Below are positions 10,605-24,276 of a DNA stretch of 44,162 nucleotides, piece after piece. Position 1 is the first letter of the stretch. Each line of letters begins with the position of its first letter. The notes below the pieces were generated by a model. That model was not told where the DNA came from. It ran no database searches and saw only the letters and a list, made by a program, of their open reading frames with translations. This DNA comes from Octopus bimaculoides (lineage: Eukaryota): contig NC_068999.1 of the NCBI RefSeq assembly GCF_001194135.2, positions 13,040,672 through 13,084,833 on the forward strand, in the 5' to 3' direction. Made by a program: the position numbers and the translations under genes.

Positions 10605-13600
10605 TTTATCCCTGGTGTTGAATATCTGTACGAGCAGGAAATGAGCCATGGCTCAAAAAACGTGATACCTTGATGATGCAAAGTCTGGTCAGTAATTAGG
10701 GTTAAACAGTATTTCCATACCTCAAGTCTCTGATGTTTTCGCTTGTTCACATTGGCTGTGAGTTTTGCGAAATTGTAATGATATGGACGTGCCCATTAGC
10801 GACTGATTAATGCTGTGCAGCCGATTTCAAAACGTCATATACTCGCAGCTGTTATTGGGTATGAACGGTTCGATTTACAGCATGATAATCTGTGACAATT
10901 CGAAAGTGCAACACCACCTCAAATTTGCACCAAACACACAACGTGACTTTCTATTCAAACTACACTTGTGTGACAGTAGCATCTAAAATTTGGCTACTGA
11001 TTTCTCTTTTTAGCATATTGAAAATAGTGTCATATTTCATCCCAAGTTACAATTCTATAACTAAACATGGCCATCTAGAGGATTTGTCTGCAGCTGTTTG
11101 CATAATTTCCCCATGGGTTTGAGCCTGATCATTGGTCGGTGTATAAGAAATGTTTTCAACACGATCTAGTCACAAGGCCGGGTTTATGGAGCTAGGCATT
11201 GATAGTACGTTTTAAAGTACCAAGTTCTGCCGACATTGTACGAGTGCTTATGCTTTACTAGTGTTTAACCATTTCCTACAAGACTTCATCATCTGTCTGA
11301 AAAGGTCTCACTCTCCCTGGTTTGCTTTTAAGGTTGATGTCCTCTTACTTTAACATCGGAACACACGTTTGTTGACAGTCCTTGAGACTTCCCCGTTTTT
11401 GATAATGTTTTTCCACAGGTAGCGTAAAATGCCTGTAATTGTCAATTTTTTACCACTAGTTATGAAAGTCTTAAGCCACATACTAAATAATTAGAATTTA
11501 TGAGACACGTATGTTTTGGAGAATTACAAGTATAGGGATGTAATATTAAGAAAATTCAATACATTTTATTTATATAAATTTTCAAAGAAATCTTTTTTGC
11601 AAAATTGCTAAACATTTTGTATATAGATAATTGAACTAATTTTTGATGCATGATTTCTATATTTAGCTTTAAGGATTAGCTTCCTCTTATTCATAATACC
11701 TTAGTTAGAATAATTAACAGTCCGGTATTTCAGCAATGAGGAATTTATAAGTAGGTACGTGTCCTTGCATAAACGAAAATATAGCACTTACCTTGTCGAA
11801 TGTTTTAAATCATATTACAACTGATAATTGCAAACCACTATCAATGTAATATTGTTAGGTCCCCGTAATCCTTTCTATGATTCGATAGTTTAAATAAAAC
11901 AAAATGAAATTTATTAAAAAGCAGCAGGTGACAACTGGCCAAACATTTTGGGATTCATATATTGCGAAATGTAACAGAATCTGCATATGCCGCATAGATT
12001 ACTTATCTAATACGAAATTTTCTTGGCTGGAAGGTCATACATATTTTGTCTCACATATATGGTGAAGTGCTCCATCACGATTCCCTATTAACAGTTACAA
12101 ATTACTAATCTTCTCTTTATATGACACTGCCTGAAGCCATTCATATACTGCTTAATAATTGCAACTTATTCATTACTTCTGCATTGGATTCTAGTCTAGT
12201 TAATTTTCCTGACATCAATTCGGAATGTTGATACCCATCCTTCAGAAACACTGGAAGTTTACAATGTATGGCTAAATTAATTTTTGAAAGTAATGAACAT
12301 ATCTTCTAGAATTTTTGAACTGTCTGACAATGATATCTTTAATTAAGTTAATACGCTCTTAAGGAAGAACACCTTACAAGGATGTGCAAATTATAATTAA
12401 ATAACTTATGACTAACATTGCATTTAGTTATAAGTTTTGCTATGAATATTGCTAATGATAAGTTTTTACTGAGATATATTAGCAAGAGTTATATAAAATG
12501 TACCCATAAATCGGGAGTATCACACTAATGTAGCAGCTAGTAATTAGACAGCAGACAAAAATAGACAGAAAGACACATGCGTCCGAGTATTTTTTTAACC
12601 CTGCATGTATATTTAGAAAATGTCTGTTCGATTTTATTTGTAATGTTAACTCGACAGAAAAACAAAACTGTGTTTCCCTATTGATTTTCTCAACTGAAGC
12701 AAATATACAAAGAATATAGTTCTAGATATAAAAATTCCTTATGTATAGCCACAATTCACTTATATTTGGCGTCTATAACAGCACGAAGTTCTTAAATTAC
12801 TGAAAACATATGACATCCATAGATTCCTATACGTTCTGTTAGTGACTTAAATCATTTTTTAGTGCAAAGCGATCAGAAGTCGTTTTTATAAAGACGGATT
12901 TTTGTATTTTTTATATAGAAAACGAAAAGAAATATAAGTAACCTTATTGTAGAAATAACACCTGAAATATAACGAAAATACATAAATATTTTCCACAATT
13001 TCTTTGTTTGATACTTGCCTCTTCGCATCTGCTCATAAACTACAAGCATTTACGTACATGTACACAATTATTAATGCTGTCTGGATAGTGTTAGTAAGTT
13101 ATGTTGATTGATAGATATACAAACGATACCACGAAGTATATATAGTGTATGCCAATGAAGTTTTGGTGTCGCATGGCCAAAAGTTACCGTGAATTTTTTT
13201 AGAGACACTTTCAAATTTATCAGAATATTGAGGCTGAAGATTGGAATAGTGAAATTTCCATTCACTTAACCATGAAACGATTCGTATCCAATTAACTAAA
13301 GGCTTGGTTTGTTTACGCTTTTCCCTCCGGTTTTTTGTTCTATGTGTGCCATAAATATCGCCATCCATTTTAGAGAAAAGTTTGTAGTTTGGAATCAGTA
13401 GTTCTTTGACTGCTATTTCTAAATTTTCAGTATGTTGGAGAAGCAACTCAATTGCTAATCCCTGTATATTTATAATGATAAATAGTTTTACCGATAAAGG
13501 NNNNNNNNNNNNNNNNNNNNNNNNNNNNNNNNNNNNNNNNNNNNNNNNNNNNNNNNNNNNNNNNNNNNNNNNNNNNNNNNNNNNNNNNNNNNNNNNNNNN

Positions 13601-13949
13601 NNNNNNNNNNNNNNNNNNNNNNNNNNNNNNNNNNNNNNTATATATATATATATATATATATATATCCTAAATATAAAATCATTCATATATGTGTGGGTAT
13701 TATATAAAAGCGAGAGATGAGTTGACAGTGAATGATCTGGGAAATGATAGAAACTGTCTGAAGGACAAGTTGCTTTGCATAGGAGAGTTTGAAAATGTAT
13801 GACTTCTGGGCCTTGCTTAAATATTTCCTGTTCCTTTTTCTATTTGTGGTAGTTGGACAATTAGTATGTAGACATATCAGATGTGAATTACAGAGAAGTG
13901 ATTTACACAGAGGTGTCATAATCAGCATGACAATGATCATCATGGACGT

Positions 13950-14169
<220 letters not shown>

Positions 14170-14236
14170 TGCAGCACCAGACGTTGAATTGTATGGCTTC
14201 TCATCTTATCTGAGCGGACGTGTTATCATATAAGTG

Positions 14237-14691
14237 GTATAAAAGATGGGCTACAACAAATATTGTGTTCAATACCACACATTTGCTCGTCAGTTGTTTA
14301 ACCATAACCATTTGAGCATGTCCATTAGTGGTTAACGATATGTGTATACCCGATCACGAGCATCATAGCCATGTGATGAGAGGAATTCTTTGGGGTTTCA
14401 TAATACACCTCTGGAAACATAGGTGTTTTGTTCAACATCCTTATACAACCTTTATTCAAGGTACTTTTTTGTGTGGAATGGGCTACTCAACCCTGAACAG
14501 ATTCTAACTACGCCACACCTCCATGGTCATGCACTTTTTACCTTGATAAGAGATCACTATGTCGCGCATATATGATTGTGATGCATATGCCTGGTGTCCC
14601 CTGATCAGATGGGTAGTCTTGGTGAGAATACTGGGCATCGTATAGTTTACCTCAGTGTCCATTTGATGGCATGCACTGCTCTTTCACTTTT
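14237..14691 (+). mobile_element. Interspersed repeat family D, copy 1; probable non-LTR retroelement 3' end
   Basis: Colinear with 35328-35775 (gtataaaagatgg...gacgatatgtgtat...agccatgtgatga...aggtgttt.gttcaacatcctta.acaac...atgtcgcgca...atactgggc...tttacctcagt); both copies end in an (AAT)n-type tail. Confidence 0.82.
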
Positions 14692-14708
14692 AATAATGAT
14701 AATAATAA

Positions 14709-14780
<72 letters not shown>

Positions 14781-14815
14781 CAGCAACAGCAGCAGCAGCA
14801 ACAGCAGCTGCAAGT
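14692..14815. repeat. (AAT)n-(AGT)n-(GCA)n compound microsatellite
   Basis: Directly visible; begins at the 3' end of family D copy 1. Confidence 0.92.
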
Positions 14816-15188
14816 GCAGCAAGGCGACGAGGTAGCAATTTTTTTAGCACACTGGAGGGAATGCTTAGCGTATTTCACCCGCGGTCGGCTTTGCCTTTCA
14901 TACTTTTGGGTTCTATAAATTATATAGCAGCTGTTTCGATTACCGCTGTTGCTGCAGCTACTAATGATGATGCCCTTCCTCTTTCTCCTCTTCCTACTAT
15001 TATTACTACTACCACCACCACCACCAACAGCAACAACAACAACGACACAACTACTACTACTACTACTACTACTAGTACTAAAGATAGTGCTACAAAGGCT
15101 GCTACTACTTTTATTTGAATGGAGAGTAACGAAGATGAAATTTATATAAATTGTGATACTAATACTAACGATGATCGTGATGCTGAGA

Positions 15189-15262
15189 ACAATAATATTA
15201 ATAATAATAATAATAATATTAATAATAATATTAATAATAATAATAATAATATTAATAAAAAT

Positions 15263-15329
<67 letters not shown>

Positions 15330-15331
15330 AT

Positions 15332-15362
<31 letters not shown>

Positions 15363-15406
15363 TTAATAATAATAATAATAATAATATTAATATTAATAAT
15401 AATAAT

Positions 15407-15446
<40 letters not shown>

Positions 15447-15469
15447 TTAATAATAATAATAATAATATT

Positions 15470-15568
<99 letters not shown>

Positions 15569-15610
15569 AAGAAGAAGAAGAAGGAGATGAAGAAGAACAA
15601 CAACAACAGC
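15189..15610. repeat. (AAT)n array punctuated by ATT, followed by (AAG)n and (AAC)n
   Basis: Directly visible; explains the N/K-, L/F- and I/R-rich ORFs in 15119-15684. Confidence 0.95.
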
Positions 15611-16535
15611 AAGAACAACCAGATCAAAATTAACGACAATAATGATAATGTAATTAATAATACTGACATTTTCTGAAATAACAAACAGCAGCTGCTATGA
15701 GATAGCGAGGACTATACTGTCTCGATCATAAACCTTATTTAAAACCCTATGTGACCTCCACGCTCACACATCATATGATGCCAGTTCAAAGGAATATTTA
15801 TTGAGATTAAGCCGTTATTTTCGAGATATTTTTTGCATTTTCTTTTATTTACATTTTTTTTCCAGAAACCATTTCTAAGTTCTTTGAAAGAGTAATAAAT
15901 TTCATGGTTTTATATCTTGATTCTTTGTATGCTGCGTATACAGGTTTTGTGGTTTGATACATAGAAACAAGCTACAGGGGTTAGAAGAATACCTTTATTA
16001 TAATACATTGTTTTAATCATTCACATTTTTCTAATACATAAATTTTGTGAGTGGGATGTTTAACATTTTTTTCTTTTCCTCTGCCATATTTGTAGCTTAA
16101 ATAAGAAGAGGACGTTATATCATGAAATATGAAATTGAAATACGTATNNNNNNNNNNNNNNNNNNNNNNNNNNNNNNNNNNNNNNNNNNNNNNNNNNNNN
16201 NNNNNNNNNNNNNNNNNNNNNNNNNNNNNNNNNNNNNNNNNNNNNNNNNNNNNNNNNNNNNNNNNNNNNNNNNNNNNNNNNNNNNNNNNNNNNNNNNNNN
16301 NNNNNNNNNNNNNNNNNNNNNNNNNNNNNNNNNNNNNNNNNNNNNNNNNNNNNNNNNNNNNNNNNNNNNNNNNNNNNNNNNNNNNNNNNNNNNNNNNNNN
16401 NNNNNNNNNNNNNNNNNNNNNNNNNNNNNNNNNNNNNNNNNNNNNNNNNNNNNNNNNNNNNNNNNNNNNNNNNNNNNNNNNNNNNNNNNNNNNNNNNNNN
16501 NNNNNNNNNNNNNNNNNNNNNNNNNNNNNNNNNNN

Positions 16536-16566
<31 letters not shown>

Positions 16567-18591
16567 TTATTTATTTATATATAGTATGCGCATAAGACAA
16601 ATATGGATTATACATATGTATACATAAATATATTTCCATGTTCGTGTTGTATTTTATACGAAAATATATAGGAACTTGAGTATTTGTTGGTGTACGTGTG
16701 TATGTGTGTATGTGTGTGTGTATGTGTGTATGTGCGTGTTTACGTGTTTCTGTGTGTGTGTGTTCGTGTATGTGTAACTGTGTGGTTATAATGATAGCGT
16801 GGATATATATTTGTGTGTGTGTGTGTGTGTGTGTGCGTGTGTGTGTATGCTTACATGCACGCGGTTGGTCATCTATCTCTTGTTAAAGAAATACGCACAT
16901 GCGCAAGCGAACACAAAAATATATTATGTAATTACAACGCAATAATGGAAGACGTATATAAAGTGTATCAACCATATCACATTTGTGTACGTGAATGTAA
17001 AGAAAACGAAGTTTATACATCGTATGATCGTAATAAATAAATGCAACAAAGAACAACCTCAAAAATTAATGTGCAATAATTTTGGGAAATGATTTTCACT
17101 ATCGTATGTCTCTATGCAGTTCAAAGAAAAGTTATGGAAGGCTCCATCTATTTTTTGAAATATTCTTGTCTATATTTAACAGAAATGTTGTCTATATCAC
17201 TATTTCCATAATCTCAGAATATATTAAACACACTCACACACACGTAGACACACATAGAGATATAACCCTGCTGAATATCAAAGGTTATAAATCTAGCAAG
17301 TTAATTATATACACATCCATACACCGACGTACATATATACAAGCACAAATGCATGCGCGCCCACAGATGGACATTAACACACACATACATATAGATATAT
17401 TTATGCATATATATNNNNNNNNNNNNNNNNNNNNNNNNNNNNNNNNNNNNNNNNNNNNNNNNNNNNNNNNNNNNNNNNNNNNNNNNNNNNNNNNNNNNNN
17501 NNNNNNNNNNNNNNNNNNNNNNNNNNNNNNNNNNNNNNNNNNNNNNNNNNNNNNNNNNNNNNNNNNNNNNNNNNNNNNNNNNNNNNNNNNNNNNNNNNNN
17601 NNNNNNNNNNNNNNNNNNNNNNNNNNNNNNNNNNNNNNNNNNNNNNNNNNNNNNNNNNNNNNNNNNNNNNNNNNNNNNNNNNNNNNNNNNNNNNNNNNNN
17701 NNNNNNNNNNNNNNNNNNNNNNNNNNNNNNNNNNNNNNNNNNNNNNNNNNNNNNNNNNNNNNNNNNNNNNNNNNNNNNNNNNNNNNNNNNNNNNNNNNNN
17801 NNNNNNNNNNNNNNNNNNNNNNNNNNNNNNNNNNNNNNNNNNNNNNNNNNNNNNNNNNNNNNNNNNNNNNNNNAAATAGGGTAAGGAATATATATATATA
17901 TATCAGATGGAATTAGTAAGTATCCACATGCTGTCTAACATATACAAAGAATAAAGTAAATATTAATGTAAAATAAATATATGACATGATAAAACATAGC
18001 TGTAGTATGATCACGCCTGTCACCGCAGCAATTGAGTGTACTTATGTTGCGACTGCATATGTACTCAGCAATTGCAACACATGTGAACGTCTTTGAATGC
18101 AGTTCAGCAACAAGATTAAGTAGATATCATACCAATGAAGTACGTATAGGAAAAGAAATAAAATGAAAGAATCTCATTGTCGCGTATATCCCGAATTTTG
18201 ATCTGTAGTGACACCTAGATTTTCGCTTGAGCAACTGAAAAGCCCCAATTTATAATGTAAAATGTGAAAAGGGAGGTAAATCTTTTGAATCCACTAACAC
18301 CGTTCCTACATATATATATATATATATAAAACAATATTTGATAAAAGACGTAAGACTAAAACAGTATTTGAAAAACTAATGAGGAGTATCAGGAAGGCAT
18401 AGAGTTGAATAGAAGAAGAAAACATGAAAAGAAAAATACCAATAATAAAAAGCATACGCAGGGTTAATAAAGAATGCTTTCTGCCTCTCGGAAAAATCAA
18501 GTAAAAAACTCTGCCACATGATATTTGAAAAGATGTTGCTGCTTCTCATACAGAGCATATACACACACGCGCCCACACTCACACAGGTATG

Positions 18592-18835
18592 AATAGAAAC
18601 ATTATTATTTCTAAATCTCTAAACATGACAAATTCAGTAAGTTTACTTTAAAGTAAATGTGACGGATGTTACTGCTGTTTAGCCCCTGGATAAATCGTGT
18701 CCTGCTGACTATATTAGAACTATAAGTGTCCTTATATTTTTGAACAGGGGAGCTTAACATCCCCACTAAGGAAACAGCAATATCTGTGGACTGCGGTTTC
18801 TGGGTTATTTTCTGTTCCTCGGTTCGAAAATATAA
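18592..18835. mobile_element. Foldback/MITE-like element, copy 2 (internal deletion, right arm truncated)
   Basis: Leader aatagaaacattattatttctaaat, left arm (gttactg...tttagcccc...cctgctgactata...gtccttatattttt), spacer core (aatatctg...ggtttctgggtt), then only the start of the right arm (gttcgaaaatataa). Confidence 0.8.
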
Positions 18836-18873
18836 AAATTTTAAAAGTGACACACACAGACACTGATCTAGTA

Positions 18874-19304
18874 AATAGAAACATTATTATTTCTAAATAT
18901 TTCAACGACAGACATTCAGTAAGACTACTGTAAAGTAAAGATTATTTGCCAGTATAATGTAGCAGTCTCGGTCGGGACGAATGTTACTGTTCCTTAGGTA
19001 CAGGGAACATCATCTCCTGCTGACTATACGATACACTATTTATGCCCTTATATTTCCCAACACTCAGCACGAAACATTATCTGCGAACCACGGTTTCTTG
19101 GTTAATTCCCTTCCTAGACACAGAAAAACTACTTGGCTAGAGTGTACGTTGCTTTCTGCCGGGTGGGTATGCTACACTACGATGTTCGAAATTATACGGA
19201 CATAGTGTGTCGTATAGCCGGCAGAAGACGTCGTTTCTTGGGGCTAAACGACAGTAACATCCGTCCAAACGCGACTGCCACAACAGGTTGGCAAATATTC
19301 TTTA
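18874..19304. mobile_element. Foldback/MITE-like element, copy 3, in tandem after copy 2
   Basis: Arms 18936-19062 and 19183-19304 are imperfect reverse complements around a ~120-bp spacer; the arms and spacer core match the element at 10244-10604. Confidence 0.85.
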
Positions 19305-19795
19305 ATTTATACATATTAGCATCTACGTATGTAATATTTCGACGTAGAAGTAACTATGCGCTGTAACTACTGAAAGGTGTTGATATCCCCACCGCCACCA
19401 CCAAAAATAAAAGAGACAAATAGAAAGAAAGAAAATAAACAGCGAATTGGTTGTTGCATCCCCAAAAATAACGAAGATGATATTTCCTTTGCATTTATTT
19501 ATTTAGCTAGTTTTGGACTGCCATGTGTAACGAGTTATGACATTTCTAAAGCACATAATTCCTGACAGATACAACGTGACGTAGGAAATGCAACTGTGCT
19601 AAATTCAATGCTGGAATATAATTCACAATAAATCAACATGGACATTAGAACGCAGATCTGTAGTCTCAATATATATGTAGACTTTGGTAGAAGAAAATTT
19701 GATAAGAGTTTGCAATATATAGAACGAGAAAATTTAATAATCAAAGCCATAGAATGGGGGAAAAAGAATGAGGAAACAATTATTATTATTTTTTT

Positions 19796-19809
19796 TGTGT
19801 GTGTGTGTG

Positions 19810-19859
<50 letters not shown>

Positions 19860-20078
19860 TATACATTTTATCATATATATATATATATATAGATATACAT
19901 ATATAGAGAGCTAGATAGACAGATATACACACCTAAGCGCACACACATATATATGCGTGTGAATGTGTGTGTGTATACCACTCCGGTAAACCGTCTTGCC
20001 CTACATCTGATTTCTCCCTCAGGTGCAATGCATATATACATGCATACATATATATGTTCACACACACAAACACACATG

Positions 20079-20118
<40 letters not shown>
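19796..20118. repeat. Cluster of (TG)n, (TA)n and (CA)n microsatellites
   Basis: Directly visible. Confidence 0.85.
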
Positions 20119-20119
<1 letters not shown>

Positions 20120-21489
20120 TAGCGTTATGGCTATATGCGTATTTGTGCTTGTCTTTGAGCATCTGTGTGTGATTCGGTAAGGAATACAATTCCGTGCACA
20201 GGTATAGAGATAATATTGCTCGTTTCTAAGCAACAGCTATTCTCAGTAATCAAACTATGTTTAAAAAAATAATAAACATCGAAACTCTATGCACACAAAT
20301 TAGATTTTATATTTATTTTTATATCTTAAACATTAAAAAGAAATGCTGTGGATTGATAGACTTAATTGTCTAACAAAGACATTCAATATCTGCGACGACT
20401 GTATTTTTATAATCATTATTTTCCGGAGAATGTGGAAGTGGAAATTAGTAAATTAAATATATATATATCGTATTCTCGTAAACTTCCTTCTCTTTGCACG
20501 ACTCTTCCCATAACCATTTTTTTAACCACATATACTCTATCTCTCCCTGTCTTTTCTCTCACTTTATCTGTATTTCTCTCTATATATTTCTCTCTTTATC
20601 CACTTTGCTACTCGGTTTCTCTGTCTCCATTGTAGTGTTGGTACCTTTCTTTATAGGACAAAGTTCAGATGCGTTTATGAAAGTAAGGGATCCACTTTGA
20701 TGTGCAGATTGTCAGATGGTTATATTACTTTCACCTCTGTGTCATACCCTGTCTCTCTTTCCCGGTCGCTGTCTGCATTTTGACAAATAAATGCGCACAC
20801 ACATGCATGAAAACACACACACACACATATTTACATATACGAGCACGCTCAATGATATAAGGTTTAAAGTGTCAAACATGCCAATAAAACCTATTATTAA
20901 GTATGCATTCCATCTTGGTTATGTCTGATTTGAGAATCAATCAAGGTGTCCAGACATGTACAGGCAGTGGAACAATGACGTTACAAACTTTGTTTTCTTC
21001 TTAGTTAAATAATATCATTCTATTGATATTTAGTTAAAATATGTATATAATCAGAAACCTATACATGCAAAGAAATGCTTATACATATACATGTATATAT
21101 TCGTATATCTGTACGTACATAAAAGCACACAAATACATATATATGCATACACACACACANNNNNNNNNNNNNNNNNNNNNNNNNNNNNNNNNNNNNNNNN
21201 NNNNNNNNNNNNNNNNNNNNNNNNNNNNNNNNNNNNNNNNNNNNNNNNNNNNNNNNNNNNNNNNNNNNNNNNNNNNNNNNNNNNNNNNNNNNNNNNNNNN
21301 NNNNNNNNNNNNNNNNNNNNNNNNNNNNNNNNNNNNNNNNNNNNNNNNNNNNNNNNNNNNNNNNNNNNNNNNNNNNNNNNNNNNNNNNNNNNNNNNNNNN
21401 NNNNNNNNNNNNNNNNNNNNNNNNNNNNNNNNNNNNNNNNNNNNNNNNNNNNNNNNNNNNNNNNNNNNNNNNNNNNNNNNNNNNNNNNN

Positions 21490-21562
<73 letters not shown>

Positions 21563-21640
21563 CGTGTGTGCGTGTGTGTGTATGTGTATGTGTGCGCGTG
21601 TGTGTGTGCGTGTATGGGTGTGTATGTGTATATACATGCA
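21490..21640. repeat. (TA)n then (TG)n compound microsatellite next to an N-gap
   Basis: Directly visible. Confidence 0.9.
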
Positions 21641-22017
21641 TGCATATGTAAATCCTTTTTTTTTTCAGAATCGATATCGATGTATTCGTGGGATATTCTA
21701 TATTAGTGTGGGGAATATCATGTTGATAGTTGTGTTGATGATAACAGCGACGATTACGACGACAACGACCACAATGGCGATGATGTTACAGTTGGTCGAT
21801 GTAGATTTGACAATAAACATATTTGTCGGTGGACATATATATTGGTGTGTGTCGTGGAGAGGCAAACAAACATACATACACATATTTAACGGTTGCTGTT
21901 ATATTGACAATGGTTATATTGTTGTTATCACTGGAATTCTGTTGTTTACCTTCTTTCGCTATATTTTTTTTATCCTAGATATTGAATGTATTGATAATGC
22001 GCTCGTTTAGGTCGAGG

Positions 22018-22560
22018 ATGATGATAACTGTGATGATGAAATATCGACAATCATATCAGTGGGGATGATGACGACGATGACGACGACGATGACGACGATG
22101 ATGCTGCTGATGATGATGATGAAGACGGTCTTGGTGATGCTGGTTGTTGATGTGATATTTCCATAAAACCTGCTGCAAATAATGATAATAGAGATGCAGT
22201 TAATGCGTTGATTGTGATGATGCTGTTGATGATAATGATGAAGTTCATGGTGAAAATAACGATGACAACAATGATGATGGTTGTGATGAAAGAAGTGGTC
22301 ATGGTGGTGGTGGTGGTGGTGGTTGCGATGATGCTGATGCTCGTGAGGAGTTGAAGACAGAGAAGTTCGTTGACGGTGATGACAAGGATGATGATTGTGA
22401 CATTGAATGCAATGATGATGACCATGACGATAACGATGATGATGATGATGACCATGACGACGACGACGATGATGGTGTTGACGATGATGACGACTACAAT
22501 AATAACGATGACGACGAAGATGGTGATGATACGATTGATGGAAGTTATACTGTTGATTAC
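22018..22560. repeat. Long degenerate (GAT/GAC/GGT)n cryptic triplet repeat
   Basis: About 540 bp dominated by GAT-like triplets with many substitutions and phase changes. Confidence 0.85.
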
Positions 22561-23517
22561 GAAGTTGTAGATGGTTTTCGTCAGCATCAAGTGACGCTTA
22601 TGAGAATTGTATTGATTAACTTTATCGGAGATGCTACAAAATAAAGTGTATTTCCAATATAGAACTGATTAGTGAAAGGTTAAATAGGGAAACTTTTATT
22701 GAAATAATAATAGCAGGTCGATACGTTGTAACTGGAAAATGTCAAAATCAAATTTATTTATTATGTTGCCCCCACATCCAACTACATTATCATACAGTTT
22801 AAATTTACAATTTGTGAATTATTTGAAATATCGATAAACTGGAGAATAGTGACAAGTGAGAAATAACTATACCATGTTGAAACGGCTTGAAAAAAATACC
22901 ATACGAAGCTGCACCATTCACAATGAAAACATTATCAATAATCAATACGAATTATATCAATAATTTTATGATACACAGTCTGCGTATTGGTTTCGAAAAA
23001 AAAGTAGATTAAATAAGTGCATTATATAGTTAGTAAGTACGCGCGATGCCCTTAATTATTAAATGATTGCAAGCTATTTTTGGTAAATAAGAGATGAGAG
23101 GTTCGAATACTGCATGCGTGACTTCGTCAACAAAATGCATTAATGGTATATGAATTTTATAAACTCATTTTCTATGAGAGCTAATATTTATCCCCACTTA
23201 AATTTTGATGATCTTTTAGAAGAAGCGTTACAACGATAGTTACCATTATATAAACTGTCATACTGGCACCCAGTATTCATACTACCTCTGTAGCTACTAT
23301 GAATACCGTTTCTCTATTTTTTAGGTCAATGTTTCGTATATTTGCGATTCTAGCACGAATAGAGTTGGTGATTTATATGTGTGTTATTCTCCTGACTATG
23401 CACATGTAATATTGGAACAAAAGTCTGCAATACATCATAGTACAAAAAACAATATTATTGATCCAATATCCCGAGTGCCGTTCACATAAAGACCCTATTA
23501 TTATTACTGAAGGCCAA

Positions 23518-23730
23518 AAGCGGCGAGATGGCAGAATCGTTAGCACACTGGACCAAATGCTTAGCGGTATTTCACCAATCGCAACGTTGTGAGTTCAAAG
23601 TCCTCGAATGTCGAATTTGTTTTTCATCGTTTTCCGTCAAAAGTACCACTGGATGGATGGGGTCGATAGAATCGACTTAATGGAAACCCCACAATTTCTA
23701 GCCTTCTGCCTATCGTAGAATGGGGTATTA
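23518..23730 (+). mobile_element. SINE family A, diverged copy
   Basis: GGCGAGATGGCAGAATCGTTAGCAC...AAATGCTTAGCGGTATTTC...GAGTTCAAA...GGGGTCGATAGAATCGACT; homologous to 6196-6407. Confidence 0.82.
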
Positions 23731-23740
23731 GAGAGGCTGA

Positions 23741-23950
23741 GGAAGTGAGCTGGCAGAATTAGTGGCACGCCGGACAAAATAACTAGCGTTATTTCGTCCG
23801 TTTTTAAGCTTTGAGTTCAGATTTCACCGAAGTTGACCTTGTCTTTCATGCTTTCGTTGTCAATAAGTATCGGTTGAACAGTGGAGCCAATATAATTGAA
23901 TAGTCCACTTCACCGGACGTTCTGGCCATTTACAAATGTTTTAAATCATT
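23741..23950 (+). mobile_element. SINE family A, diverged copy directly tandem to the previous one
   Basis: GAGCTGGCAGAATT...GCACGCCGGACAAAAT...ATTTCGTCCG...GAGTTCAGATTTCACCGAAGTTGACCTTGTCTTTCAT. Confidence 0.78.
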
Positions 23951-23956
23951 AGTAGA

Positions 23957-24167
23957 ACAGTTCTATATTTACGAGATAAGAAAATATTTACATTATTTAC
24001 ATTATTTAGATTTGACGGATATTTGTCCTCATCTTGTGTGTTGATAACACAACGTTTCGGCTGATATTTCCTCCAGCCTTCATCGGGTGTCATGGGGTAG
24101 TTTTGAACCTGAGTTCTCATTCCTAAGGTATTTTTCAGTGTTGTTGTTGTTGTTGTTGTTGTTATTA

Positions 24168-24251
<84 letters not shown>

Positions 24252-24276
24252 TCACTTCCTGGAATCGAACTAGGAA

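Noticed and set aside
15119-15676. 185-aa Asn/Lys-rich ORF
   Set aside because: It is fully explained by (AAT)n(AAG)n, and neighbouring frames on both strands are open too.
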